The notes below the pieces were generated by a model. The model searched no databases, was not told the origin of the DNA, and saw only the letters and a program-made list of their open reading frames with translations. Shown here one piece after another: positions 7,714 to 17,156 of a DNA stretch of 64,000 nucleotides; positions within the stretch are counted from its first letter, which is position 1, and the number at the start of each line of letters is the position of its first letter. Position numbers and translations under genes: made by a program. Origin of the DNA: a virus; the IMG/VR virus record IMGVR_UViG_3300036945_000368, positions 1 to 64,000 of that record, one strand, 5' to 3'.

Positions 7714-7762
7714 ACTCCTTGTTAAGATGCGAGAAGTATAGCATAGATTTTGACCTATGCTA
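7714..7762 (-). promoter_or_regulatory. Early promoter-RBS cassette overlapped by an 8-bp inverted repeat
   Basis: AAAATCTATGCTATACTTCTCGCATCTTAACAAGGAG; TAGCATAG/CTATGCTA. Confidence 0.72.
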
Positions 7763-7823
7763 ATACCCCTACAGCTTAGTAGGAGTTATCTGAACTTTAT
7801 TAGCAGCACATACGATTCTTGAA

Positions 7824-8297
7824 TTATGCATGATTAGTTTCTAGGACTTTTTGGTGAAGAGCTGCTTTAGCTTTGTGAAAAGCTTCGATACTCTCAACAA
7901 AACTATTGAACTTGTCCTTTACTTTTTGAATGAAAGACTTCTGTTCAATTTCATTGATTTGTATGTCTTCAGCGTAATCATCTAAGGTACTGAAAAGATA
8001 GTCGGATAACAACAAGCACATGAATGCTCGTGGTTCCCACTCTTCGTAGCTATTGAAAGAAGTTAGCTCTGGCCCTTCGAAATATTTATCATCGTAAGTA
8101 TAACCAATCTCTATCATTAGGCGAGTCATTTTACTATATGCACTACGAACATTAGCAAAATTAGCCAGTTGAAAGCAAATACCTGCACGAATATTAATAC
8201 CATTGCCGTCATAGTACATACGTGCAATGTCAACTAAAGCGGGAATTAACTCTAGGCGTTGATCATAATCTAATGGTGTGTATAAATAGTCTTTCAC
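7824..8297 (-). CDS. Hypothetical protein
   Basis: Likely GTG start (VKDYLY) after AAGGAG. Confidence 0.68.
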   Translation of the reverse strand: MKDYLYTPLDYDQRLELIPALVDIARMYYDGNGINIRAGICFQLANFANVRSAYSKMTRLMIEIGYTYDDKYFEGPELTSFNSYEEWEPRAFMCLLLSDYLFSTLDDYAEDIQINEIEQKSFIQKVKDKFNSFVESIEAFHKAKAALHQKVLETNHA

Positions 8298-8307
8298 TAT
8301 GTTCTCC

Positions 8308-8622
8308 TTAAATAAACTCTGAATGAATATCTGTATCTTCAATACGAACAAGAGCCGTATTGGAGTAATCGTGTTTTTCACCTAACTTTGGTACGTTAAA
8401 AGTATTAAGAACACGACCAAAACCTTCAATAAAAGAATCTTCACCGAAACGAGCCATCTGTTCTGCAGCATATAGGATAATGTCATCTATTGAATCAACT
8501 TTGTGAAAAGCTTCACTGAATTCTTTAACTTCATTAGCTACAAACTCTGGATTATCATATTCTCTGTGCATGATAATCTCAATATCTTTTTCAATTGTTA
8601 CTCGAACTTTACGTCTAATCAT
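8308..8622 (-). CDS. Hypothetical protein
   Basis: ORF track; coupled overlap. Confidence 0.7.
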   Translation of the reverse strand: MIRRKVRVTIEKDIEIIMHREYDNPEFVANEVKEFSEAFHKVDSIDDIILYAAEQMARFGEDSFIEGFGRVLNTFNVPKLGEKHDYSNTALVRIEDTDIHSEFI

Positions 8623-9164
8623 TAAATTTTCCCTTCTTTATCTGCATAAAAACGATGCTTGCCAATCTCAGCAACTATTCGCTTTTTCTTTGTCCACTTG
8701 TTGCTGACCTTCTTGGTAGTATACCACATTACTGAAGGGGCTAAGGTAGGCTTAAAACTCTCTTTAACCATACTATTAGCTAAGATAGATATCTCAGTAT
8801 AGATTTTACGTTCAGCGGCTGGAAGGACGTTTTTAATGTCTTGACCGAACGGTTTATTCTCTAAAGTATAACTGAATTGTTTATACTGATTAGTTATACC
8901 ACAGAAACTGTCCGGAAAGTAAGGGTGATTCTTACGATTGTATATCACAGAAGCTACGGCATGAAGTCCTTTTGTACCTTCACTACGGGCCTCATGATAT
9001 AAAGCAGTAACTAAGCAGTCTTCCTCTGCTTTCTGGTACTCTTCTATGACTTCTGCTTGGCGTAACTGTTCATTATGGATTGAAAGTACTTGAACCAGAA
9101 GCAGTGAAATTAAGGCACCTAAAATGCACAGAGAAGAGAATAAAAGCTTATCCTTAAATCGCAT
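8622..9164 (-). CDS. Cell wall hydrolase, SleB/Hydrolase_2 family, with N-terminal TM
   Basis: CLVTALYHEARSE, VASVIYNR, QFSY, IGKHRFY; likely start MRFKDK. Confidence 0.88.
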   Translation of the reverse strand: MRFKDKLLFSSLCILGALISLLLVQVLSIHNEQLRQAEVIEEYQKAEEDCLVTALYHEARSEGTKGLHAVASVIYNRKNHPYFPDSFCGITNQYKQFSYTLENKPFGQDIKNVLPAAERKIYTEISILANSMVKESFKPTLAPSVMWYTTKKVSNKWTKKKRIVAEIGKHRFYADKEGKI

Positions 9165-9306
9165 TATTTTCTCCACGCTTAGTTTGACGTTGCTGAGAGA
9201 AGTCTTTCTTTTTGCGCTTTTTGTTGCGGTTTTGATAGTCTTCATACTCAGTATGATCGTACTGTTTTTTCTTGCCTTTGTTGGTTTGAAGGTAAGAGCT
9301 TTGCAT
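9154..9306 (-). CDS. Small basic protein (50 aa, MQSSYLQTNKGKKK...)
   Basis: Translated by hand; AAGGA RBS and TGATACACT promoter upstream. Confidence 0.55.
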   Translation of the reverse strand: MQSSYLQTNKGKKKQYDHTEYEDYQNRNKKRKKKDFSQQRQTKRGENNAI

Positions 9307-9799
9307 TTTAGGTTCCTTGGTTAGTTAAGCAGCTTGTAGTGTATCACACAAATCAAGAATTTTCTGCGCTTCTTCGAAATCTACAGCTTTTGCCATAAAA
9401 TCTACGGTTTCTGATTCGTAATCAACACAAACTACATCATACAATGATTTAACTTCTGGATTACGGACGATGACGAATTCTTTTTCCATATGATACTCCT
9501 TGATTTACTTACCGTTTAAACGAGCTACGTTAGCTTCTGCTTCGGTCTTTAGGCGATGTAATGCTACATCCGTAAATTGAACCGTGTCAAAAGCTTTCCA
9601 GTAACCGTTGTTCCACTTGACAGTATAACGCATTATTTGAACCTTTCTTTATAAGCTTGTTCGATTGATAATCTTAGCAATGTTTCCAGAATCAATGACT
9701 GACCATGCACTGCACGATACAAGTCATCGATTGGAATTTCTGCAGCATTAGCTTCATGAATCAGTTGTTGCAACCGATACTCAAAGTTAGCTGCATTCA

Positions 9800-10087
9800 T
9801 TAATCAGCCTTTGGAGCTTCGTCTGATGGAACTAGTGCTAATTTAGCCTTAGCTTCATCGTTAGCAGCTTGTTGTGCTTCTAATTGACGTGCAGCCTCTT
9901 GTGCAATAGCTTGCTGTTGACGCATGCGTTCTAAGTACTGCACTACATTGGTATCGTACACCACTTCAACAAACTGTTTGCTAACAGTAAGTTGACCATA
10001 TACAACCGCAACATCTAAAGAGTTTAGACCTACTGTTACCAATTGGTCTAAAGCCTGCTTAAATTCTTGCTCAGTGATTTTGCTCAT
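9800..10087 (-). CDS. Hypothetical coiled-coil protein
   Basis: Likely start MSKITEQ after AAGGGA. Confidence 0.7.
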   Translation of the reverse strand: MSKITEQEFKQALDQLVTVGLNSLDVAVVYGQLTVSKQFVEVVYDTNVVQYLERMRQQQAIAQEAARQLEAQQAANDEAKAKLALVPSDEAPKAD

Positions 10088-10262
10088 AATATTCCCTTTC
10101 TTGGTTAAAAAATTCTTTCTCCTGAGAGTATCGCATAGCTGCAATAACTTCTCGTTCATCTCGTTCAGTTACAAACTCTAAGTTACTCTCAGAAAACCGT
10201 GAGTATACATCAATTTCCTGAGTCTGTCTAGCCTTTTTAGCTTTATTTTTCAACTTCTTCAA
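10071..10262 (-). CDS. Hypothetical protein
   Basis: GGAGG RBS. Confidence 0.6.
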   Translation of the reverse strand: MKKLKNKAKKARQTQEIDVYSRFSESNLEFVTERDEREVIAAMRYSQEKEFFNQEREYYEQNH

Positions 10263-10506
10263 ACCTCCATACTTTAAACTCTAAGTCTTCAATGATACCT
10301 TGCTTTTCATGCAACTCTTGAGATAAGTCTGAAATTTCATCAAACAGTCCGTTTCTCTCTTCTTCAAGTTGGTCTACACGTTTTTCTAGAAGTTTGATCT
10401 CAATCTCACTTTCTTCTAGTAAGACCTCAAATTGAGCCATAATGTCTGTAGTTGTAACAGCACCAGCCAAATAAGCCTGCACTTCAAGTTCCTTTAGGTT
10501 TGTCAT
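10243..10506 (-). CDS. Hypothetical coiled-coil protein
   Basis: Heptad-rich; likely start MTNLKE. Confidence 0.68.
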   Translation of the reverse strand: MTNLKELEVQAYLAGAVTTTDIMAQFEVLLEESEIEIKLLEKRVDQLEEERNGLFDEISDLSQELHEKQGIIEDLEFKVWRFEEVEK

Positions 10507-10975
10507 TCTTACCTTTCTTAAGTACTCTAGCAATAGGTTTAAAACTCTCTAGTACTGAGTAGTTTTCCCTGAACACTTGAACTTCACCACGCCTGTACAT
10601 ATTCTCCACGGAAATAAGCAGGAACAATGCTTGCATAGATTCGTGAAGAAAGTCAGGACTTAGCTCAACAACACCTTCACCTAGCGCCAGCACAAAGCAT
10701 AGTAATGACAAGTGATAGAGATTCTTTCCAGCTTCATCGTTATCAACAATATACTGCTTAAAATCATCTGTACGAATTGTACTCATAAGTACACCTAAGT
10801 GCAATACTTCTACATCGTCTAACTTTTCAAAGAATTCACCAGCAGTTAGATAACTACTTTCTCGCAACTCCTTACCTGCCCGTACAATGTACTCAGGTAA
10901 ATCTGTCGCGTTAATAATTTTATCTAACTGAAGATAATAACCTTGAGGTTTTACATCAGTGAATTCAAAAGACAT
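10484..10975 (-). CDS. Hypothetical protein
   Basis: 163-aa ORF, GAGG RBS. Confidence 0.72.
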   Translation of the reverse strand: MSFEFTDVKPQGYYLQLDKIINATDLPEYIVRAGKELRESSYLTAGEFFEKLDDVEVLHLGVLMSTIRTDDFKQYIVDNDEAGKNLYHLSLLCFVLALGEGVVELSPDFLHESMQALFLLISVENMYRRGEVQVFRENYSVLESFKPIARVLKKGKNDKPKGT

Positions 10976-11074
10976 TACATCGTTGCCTCTGGTACGTCAG
11001 ATAAGTCATCCTTAGTTTTAGTATGACGTTTCTGGTCTAGTAAAGCTTGACTCTGAGGTGTGCGTACACCGTTA

Positions 11075-11413
11075 TCAGTCGGAAAGGGCCAAACCTTGCG
11101 ATTGTCGTTGTTCTCTGAGGTTTTCTTCATTTGATTCCTTTAGTGTTCTACGAAATGACTCATCTACTCTTAGCGATAGACCAGCCATATTATATACCAT
11201 AACTGGTTCTCGTCCCTTGATTTCAACAATTCTTGGCTTATATTTTTTCGTGCTGATAGTACCTAAACCATTTAACTTAATTTCATCACCGTCTACCAAG
11301 ATAAGTTGAATATTTGCAATTAGGTGCTCGAAGATATCCTCAACTTCGTATACCTTATAGCCGCTAGTTTTAGCTACTTTTTTAAGTAGAGTCTTTGTGT
11401 TTATTTTAGCCAT
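11075..11413 (-). CDS. HU/IHF-like DNA-binding protein
   Basis: LLKKVAKTSG...GDEIKLNGLGTI...KPR pattern. Confidence 0.75.
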   Translation of the reverse strand: MAKINTKTLLKKVAKTSGYKVYEVEDIFEHLIANIQLILVDGDEIKLNGLGTISTKKYKPRIVEIKGREPVMVYNMAGLSLRVDESFRRTLKESNEENLREQRQSQGLALSD

Positions 11414-11631
11414 TTGACAATCTCCATGAATGAAGGTAATACATAATTCTTCACATCTTGCAAATCATCGTGAATAGTTTGCACAACAGAGTCACCAAAA
11501 CAATTCTTAGAGATAAATCTAAACTTTGTTGGTGAGCTGGCAAATGTAAACACATCGTAGGTATTTAATTCACCTACAGGTTGTGTAAAATCCTCTGGTT
11601 TCCAGTCTTGTAAATCAATATCTGAAAGCAT
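11401..11631 (-). CDS. Hypothetical protein
   Basis: ORF track; RBS. Confidence 0.68.
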   Translation of the reverse strand: MLSDIDLQDWKPEDFTQPVGELNTYDVFTFASSPTKFRFISKNCFGDSVVQTIHDDLQDVKNYVLPSFMEIVKWLK

Positions 11632-11632
11632 A

Positions 11633-12532
11633 TTAACCTTCCTTTACGTTGTTAGGGATTAGTTGACGAAATTGAATCCAACCGCGTAGGTTACCGCTGT
11701 ACGGGACACCTTTTGTATCGACATGTGTTATACCTTTAATATTTAGATAAGTTGGAATATCCTCAGGGAATATCAGCGTAGCGATATGCTCAACTGGTGA
11801 TGCATGTACTGGCACTGAGTTAATCAATCGATCAAACACCATAGAAGCCTTCTCTAAGCTGCCATCGTTTTTACGATAACTGACTTGAGCGCAACAGCTG
11901 GCACTAATCATACGAGCCTCTTCCATAGTGATGTACTTGTCATGTTCATCCAAATAGAAGCGTTCATTAGTATGTGCATCACGATATGTTTTTACATAAG
12001 GTACGTGCCATTCACCAACAGATAAACTCTCTGGAATATTTGCAGTATATTCAATGCACATCACAGCTGCAAGTTCTGCAATTTCTGGTTGTGCATCTTC
12101 ATGGTCACGTAACCAGAACCAGTTATTGTAGTCTGTAGCAGTTACGATTGTCTTCATTAGTTGATATGGCTCAAGTATGCGGTTTACAATTTGTTTATGT
12201 AATCCTACATCCTTCATAGCCTTAGCATACTTTACTGCGCTATCACGAGAAGCTAACCATAATGTCTTTGCGCGTTCAATTTCAGATACTTCAGTCTTAG
12301 CTTGCATACCTGCTTGGTTAGCACCCCAATGCACAGGCATAGCTGGCGTAGTCTCAACCAGTTCAATAACCTTGTCAATTGGAATAGCCCGAGAACTAGC
12401 AGCATTACGACTAAACATGCGATGCGTCATCAGCTCACCATGAATAAAACGTGGATAGACTAATTCAAACGTAGTGAGACGCGAATTGAGAAATGGGTTA
12501 TAACTGTCTGCAATAATTTTAGCTGTAATCAA
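11633..12532 (-). CDS. thyX: Flavin-dependent thymidylate synthase
   Basis: ELMTHRMFSRNAASSRAIP ThyX motif; AQPEI; HASPVEH. Confidence 0.85.
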   Translation of the reverse strand: MITAKIIADSYNPFLNSRLTTFELVYPRFIHGELMTHRMFSRNAASSRAIPIDKVIELVETTPAMPVHWGANQAGMQAKTEVSEIERAKTLWLASRDSAVKYAKAMKDVGLHKQIVNRILEPYQLMKTIVTATDYNNWFWLRDHEDAQPEIAELAAVMCIEYTANIPESLSVGEWHVPYVKTYRDAHTNERFYLDEHDKYITMEEARMISASCCAQVSYRKNDGSLEKASMVFDRLINSVPVHASPVEHIATLIFPEDIPTYLNIKGITHVDTKGVPYSGNLRGWIQFRQLIPNNVKEG

Positions 12533-13023
12533 GCTGGTTCCTTTCGTAAAATTTTATTTGTTGGGAATGCTACTAATGTAACTGACCCACCCTTAGCTTT
12601 AACAGCATCTGCAAAGCCCTGTAGCATGCCTAGAATTCGCTCTCTATTACCGCCAGCTAGTCCCATACCAATATACGGAAAACCGAAGTCACGGTGACCA
12701 TGTTCTTTAACCAAACGGTCTAGGATTTTCTGGAAAGCTTCGTACTCAAAGTAATCACCCTTGCTGTCATAACCCTTAGCAAAATCATATTGAGTATAGG
12801 CGTTGATAACGGTAATAGGTCCATACATGATACTGTAAGTCCCAAGTTTACTACGTTCTCCATAATAAGTCAAGCAATCTGCTGCATAAGCTGCAGGAAA
12901 CTCTGCCTTAATCTGTTTAGCAATGCCCTTGCCCATAGTACAAAAGCAATTACAGCCATGCACAATATAGTTGAAATGCCCTTGACGAGCTAATTCAATC
13001 AAATCACCTTCTAAGTGTTTCAT
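12529..13023 (-). CDS. Macrodomain (ADP-ribose / Appr-1''-p processing) protein
   Basis: GDLI...HGCNCFCTMGKGIA...PYIGMGLAGG. Confidence 0.88.
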   Translation of the reverse strand: MKHLEGDLIELARQGHFNYIVHGCNCFCTMGKGIAKQIKAEFPAAYAADCLTYYGERSKLGTYSIMYGPITVINAYTQYDFAKGYDSKGDYFEYEAFQKILDRLVKEHGHRDFGFPYIGMGLAGGNRERILGMLQGFADAVKAKGGSVTLVAFPTNKILRKEPA

Positions 13024-13893
13024 TTATTTCCCTTCTATCTCTTCTAAAACTGCTCTGCGCTCTTGGTCATTGAAGCTTAACCAATCGTCTTTGGTAACTG
13101 CCCTCCATATTTCAAGTGGAAAGTTATACCAACCTCTCGGCAAAATTTTTGCAATATCGGTTGGATTGTTAAACATTATTTCAATATTCTTCGCTGACAT
13201 ACGCATAAGCTTTTTCTTACCTACATAATATGGTGTCTTAAGTTTGCATGCTGCAGTCTTCTCTGCACAATCTACACGGTAAATCATAAAACCTTCACCA
13301 CGGTCTGTTTCAGCTAAGGCAATAGCTTCTGCAAGTGTCATAACACCGATCAGGTTGTGTGGTGAAAATGTGCCGCTTGCCTTGTCACGAAACCCTAACA
13401 GATGTAAACCCATACTTTCGGCAACAATGTGTGGATCTTGTGGTACTACGACCTCAAACAATGTAGTGGATTCCTTCTCAATATTTGGTGCATGTTTCCA
13501 CCATTCATTAAGAATTAATTCCTTGGCCCACTGAGCATATTCAGAAGTTGTTGAGCCAGTAGTTGACACTACCAATTCATTATTATGCAAAGTAGCACAA
13601 GCCATGTAACCGTTAATTTTTTTATACACTTCAACTGGTGTATCTAAGTCTGTAGCAGCCCACCAGAGGTCATTCTCTTTGTAATTGAAGGACTTGCGTG
13701 GTGCAGCTTGTACTAGTTCTTTGGTTACTGAGTCGTAAACATGTCCCCTGCATTCGTGGAGGTCATACTCATTAAACCAGAGGTATTCGTACATAGCTCG
13801 GCGGTGGTACTTAAACGTAGTATATTTACCATCATTCTTCATGATAGCTAGACCACGGTTAACTAAGTTCATTTGTTCGTCAAAGTTTAACAC
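13024..13893 (-). CDS. RNA ligase 1 (T4 Rnl1-like)
   Basis: ECRG, KSFNY, motif I KINGY, TTLFEV, EGF, KLKTPYY. Confidence 0.85.
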   Translation of the reverse strand: MLNFDEQMNLVNRGLAIMKNDGKYTTFKYHRRAMYEYLWFNEYDLHECRGHVYDSVTKELVQAAPRKSFNYKENDLWWAATDLDTPVEVYKKINGYMACATLHNNELVVSTTGSTTSEYAQWAKELILNEWWKHAPNIEKESTTLFEVVVPQDPHIVAESMGLHLLGFRDKASGTFSPHNLIGVMTLAEAIALAETDRGEGFMIYRVDCAEKTAACKLKTPYYVGKKKLMRMSAKNIEIMFNNPTDIAKILPRGWYNFPLEIWRAVTKDDWLSFNDQERRAVLEEIEGK

Positions 13894-14278
13894 TGAAACG
13901 CTCCTTCATTTGTCTGATTTTATCTTCTGGTACGTTGTGGATGTTAACACCATTATGACGATTTTCAACGATGATACTAACAAAATTTGCACCGCATTCG
14001 TCAGCAATTGCTTTGTATACTTCGACTTCACGTTCAGTAGTACTTGTATTCGATACAGCTACAGACTTACCCTTCTCAAGTACATACTTAGTGTTTAACT
14101 GACAGTATCGATGTGCCTCTGATAATCTGGCAGGATTGAACCGATAGAGACCATCGTGATAAAAGAAGTCATCAGCTTCAAAAATCCGTTCAACAATACC
14201 TGCCGACCATAATTGCATGGCAAAAGTAGACTTACCTGCGCCAGATACTCCACGGACTAGGTATAAGGTTGGTTTCAT
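13880..14278 (-). CDS. Polynucleotide-kinase-like P-loop protein (kinase domain only)
   Basis: RGVSGAGKST, EADD, VSNT, HNVP. Confidence 0.85.
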   Translation of the reverse strand: MKPTLYLVRGVSGAGKSTFAMQLWSAGIVERIFEADDFFYHDGLYRFNPARLSEAHRYCQLNTKYVLEKGKSVAVSNTSTTEREVEVYKAIADECGANFVSIIVENRHNGVNIHNVPEDKIRQMKERFSVKL

Positions 14279-14454
14279 TTCTTTCCTTTCAGTTTTAAAT
14301 ACTGTTCATCATCCAAATCACGAGCGCCAGCACAAGGCTTATTGATAGCTTTCTCCGTTGCTCGGTTACCTAAGCGTATTAGACCACACTTTCCGCAGTA
14401 AATGAACATACCCTTAGCATTTAATGTACGATTGAAATTATGACCTTGAATCAT
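14275..14454 (-). CDS. Small Zn-binding hypothetical protein
   Basis: MIQGHNF...YCGKCGL...C. Confidence 0.68.
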   Translation of the reverse strand: MIQGHNFNRTLNAKGMFIYCGKCGLIRLGNRATEKAINKPCAGARDLDDEQYLKLKGKK

Positions 14455-14647
14455 TGTCTCTCCCGTAATTCCAACCACCCTTATCCCACGTATCAAACGT
14501 AGCTTTAGACATGCGGATATTGTGCTTAGGTAGTACTCTAGAAGTGCCAGAGAACCACTCAGATTCAAACGCACAAGACATAGATGCTAACTCATGTTCA
14601 TGACTTAATTCATAAAGCCACCAAGGTAAGGCATTATTCCAACTCAT
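14438..14647 (-). CDS. Hypothetical protein
   Basis: ORF track; abuts the aldolase gene. Confidence 0.65.
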   Translation of the reverse strand: MSWNNALPWWLYELSHEHELASMSCAFESEWFSGTSRVLPKHNIRMSKATFDTWDKGGWNYGRDNDSRS

Positions 14648-15304
14648 TTAATACCTACCGCTTGCAAGAACTATACGAGAGATATGCTCAAGTCGTTCAA
14701 TATGCTCATACGCTCTCCAAGGGCTAGTATCAATGGCGACAACACCGTGACCCTTGATACCTACAATATCATAGTAAATGTTGCCAGAGCGATCTAACCC
14801 TAAATTTTCAAAGCATTTATCTGCCAATTCTTGACTAATTGGAGGAACATCCCCTACACTAGGTGCTACCTTAGTATAGCGATTAAGCTCTGGAAATGAT
14901 TCACTGATAGTACTCAGGTCAATACCAGCATGCATAGCGGCAATACAATAAGTAGGATGAACATGCACAACTACGCGAACATCGCCGCTATGTTGTCCCA
15001 TATTTTTCTGTAGGCCAAAGTGCAGAGGAATCTCTCCACTTGGTACTAAGTTTTTACTGATATCAGTATAGGGCAAATCTTGCCAAGTGTAGTTAAAAAT
15101 CGCAGAACCATTTCCACTATTAATCGTTCTATCAATACTGATTTTCTTAAACTGATCTGGTTGAAGCGTCTGCTTACGTGTACCACTAGGTGTGATATAA
15201 AAATGATCGCGGTCATGATGACGAATACTTACATTACCATCGCGGCTGGTAATCCAGTTACGCTTATAAGCATCTTGCAATACTTCGCAAATTGTCTCTA
15301 ACAT
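14648..15304 (-). CDS. Class II aldolase/adducin family protein
   Basis: DGNVSIR, ITPSG, PSGE..LH, VHVHPTY, KGHGV metal-binding motifs. Confidence 0.88.
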   Translation of the reverse strand: MLETICEVLQDAYKRNWITSRDGNVSIRHHDRDHFYITPSGTRKQTLQPDQFKKISIDRTINSGNGSAIFNYTWQDLPYTDISKNLVPSGEIPLHFGLQKNMGQHSGDVRVVVHVHPTYCIAAMHAGIDLSTISESFPELNRYTKVAPSVGDVPPISQELADKCFENLGLDRSGNIYYDIVGIKGHGVVAIDTSPWRAYEHIERLEHISRIVLASGRY

Positions 15305-15319
15305 AATTTCTCCTTAATA

Positions 15320-15478
15320 TTACCAATGTCTAATAACGCCTGCTACAATAAAACAGTTTGTCAATATATATGACAGAACAATCATAGTACGAATAACTGC
15401 TATGTAATCAGACTCTCTATCTGTAGCTCCTGATTTTTCACCTAAAGCCTTAGCCCATAGGCGCCAGAATTTTTTCAT
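15320..15478 (-). CDS. Small membrane protein (52 aa, MKKFWRLWAKALGEKS...)
   Basis: Translated by hand; WRLWAKALGEK...GVIRHW pattern seen in aquatic phages (recalled). Confidence 0.68.
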   Translation of the reverse strand: MKKFWRLWAKALGEKSGATDRESDYIAVIRTMIVLSYILTNCFIVAGVIRHW

Positions 15479-15785
15479 TTGTTTCCTTTGCATATTGAGC
15501 TAAATGTTCTTCACGTTCTGCTTCATGTTTCAAATCAATATAGGCACTATCCATCAGCACTTCATAAGCCAGACGTTCTAGATTATTAGGTCCAGCACCC
15601 ATAGCAGATCGAATTGGCATACGCTCCAGTTCATCAAGACATTTATCTACAAATTCCTTATTGAACATAGCACAACATTTTAGTCGCAATTGAACTAAAG
15701 GGGCGGTTCCTTGTGGTTGTAAATTATTTCGTAATCGTTCGATTAAAGACATATCTTTAACTTGTCTGTTCATTTTATACTCCAA
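15450..15785 (-). CDS. Hypothetical protein
   Basis: ORF track. Confidence 0.62.
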   Translation of the reverse strand: MEYKMNRQVKDMSLIERLRNNLQPQGTAPLVQLRLKCCAMFNKEFVDKCLDELERMPIRSAMGAGPNNLERLAYEVLMDSAYIDLKHEAEREEHLAQYAKETNEKILAPMG

Positions 15786-16003
15786 TGTACTAGTCCGACC
15801 AAGTATATCATAGCAGAAGCCATTTCAACCAAGATTAGGGGTTTATCTTTAGCAATAAAGCCAGCAATGCACCAAAGTGTACCACCGATTGCACTGAAGA
15901 TTAAGTTTAACGGAAATATGTTAAACGCAGTTAATGCCATACCAATTAAGTAGGTTAAAGTTGCCACCCATTTCAATTTTTCTATGTTTGATATATTTAC
16001 CAT
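15770..16003 (-). CDS. Small three-TM membrane protein
   Basis: KWVAT...FNIFPLN...GTLW..AG..KDKPL. Confidence 0.72.
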   Translation of the reverse strand: MVNISNIEKLKWVATLTYLIGMALTAFNIFPLNLIFSAIGGTLWCIAGFIAKDKPLILVEMASAMIYLVGLVHWSIK

Positions 16004-16710
16004 GCATACTCCTTCGGTATGTGATTATGCTTACTTATGTTTTCAAATGCAGTTAATATTTGCAAATTCCAAGGGACATGTAAGCCGCAAACTGTTTCAC
16101 CTCTGAGAGGTATGATGTGGTCTACATGATGCATTATACCTGTATCCAGAGTCAGTTGTTCGCAACGTTCGTAAATTAATCTAATTTGCTCTAAATGTTC
16201 TACAGTCAACCAAGAAGGAGTTGCTTTAAGTTTGGAAGCCCTGTATTTAGCATGATTAGCATTACACCTATCTTTATTTTTCTTTTTCCATGTAGAAGCT
16301 TGTTCCTTAACTTTAGTAGGATTATTTTGCCGATATTTTGCCGAACTTTGTTTATAATCTTCTGTAAAAATTGCATACTTAAGTTCATTCAATGCTCTTA
16401 GTATTTCTTTATTTTTCTCGTTATACTCATGCCGCGATTTTGCTCTACAAACTTTACAACAACTTCTGTACCCATCCGCACTGACCGATTCTTTAGAAAA
16501 TTCAAAAATAGGCTTCTCTGTTAAACAATCATTACAAATCTTATATGTCAAAACAGGGTAATTTTTTTGTGATAGTTTTGCAGTAATCTTTGATTGAGAT
16601 AGTCTACAAGACTTGCAGACATGTCGGTAACCAGTCTTACAGGAAGAACTTTTCGCAAATTGATTCAAAGGTTTTGTAAGATTACATTTTTTACAAATTT
16701 GTTCTAACAT
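15997..16710 (-). CDS. HNH endonuclease with two Zn-finger repeats
   Basis: CKKC..KP..F...CKSC twice; HVDHIIPL...CGLHVPWNLQIL. Confidence 0.88.
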   Translation of the reverse strand: MLEQICKKCNLTKPLNQFAKSSSCKTGYRHVCKSCRLSQSKITAKLSQKNYPVLTYKICNDCLTEKPIFEFSKESVSADGYRSCCKVCRAKSRHEYNEKNKEILRALNELKYAIFTEDYKQSSAKYRQNNPTKVKEQASTWKKKNKDRCNANHAKYRASKLKATPSWLTVEHLEQIRLIYERCEQLTLDTGIMHHVDHIIPLRGETVCGLHVPWNLQILTAFENISKHNHIPKEYAW

Positions 16711-17156
16711 AGTTGTGTCTCACTGTACTGTTGAATTCTTACACCAGAACCTTCTAGCAAATCTAAGCCAGATGCATCACGGTAAGGTGTCTTGTAGACT
16801 ATGCGTTTAACGCCAGCTTGAACCATCATAGCGCTGCATTGTACGCAAGGTGCAAGTGTAACATACACAGTTGAATCAACACAGCTTACACCCTCTCGTG
16901 CAGCTTTCAAAATACAGTTCAACTCTGCATGAATTACTTCTGGTTTTGTAACTCGTGTAACAAACCAATCCTTATCGATAAGTTCTTCTTCACAGCAGTT
17001 ATCACGCCCTTTAGCAGTGCCATTATAGCCAGTGAGGGTTACCCCGTGACTAGTGACTAAAACAGCTCCTACCTGCGCTCTAACAGCCTTTGAGAGCATT
17101 GCATGAGTTAGTGCTGTCTGCATGTAGACGCTATCAAGTTCTTTTTGACTAGCCAT
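16704..17156 (-). CDS. dCMP deaminase
   Basis: TGYNG, HAELN, TLAPCVQC, AGVKRIVY. Confidence 0.9.
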   Translation of the reverse strand: MASQKELDSVYMQTALTHAMLSKAVRAQVGAVLVTSHGVTLTGYNGTAKGRDNCCEEELIDKDWFVTRVTKPEVIHAELNCILKAAREGVSCVDSTVYVTLAPCVQCSAMMVQAGVKRIVYKTPYRDASGLDLLEGSGVRIQQYSETQLC

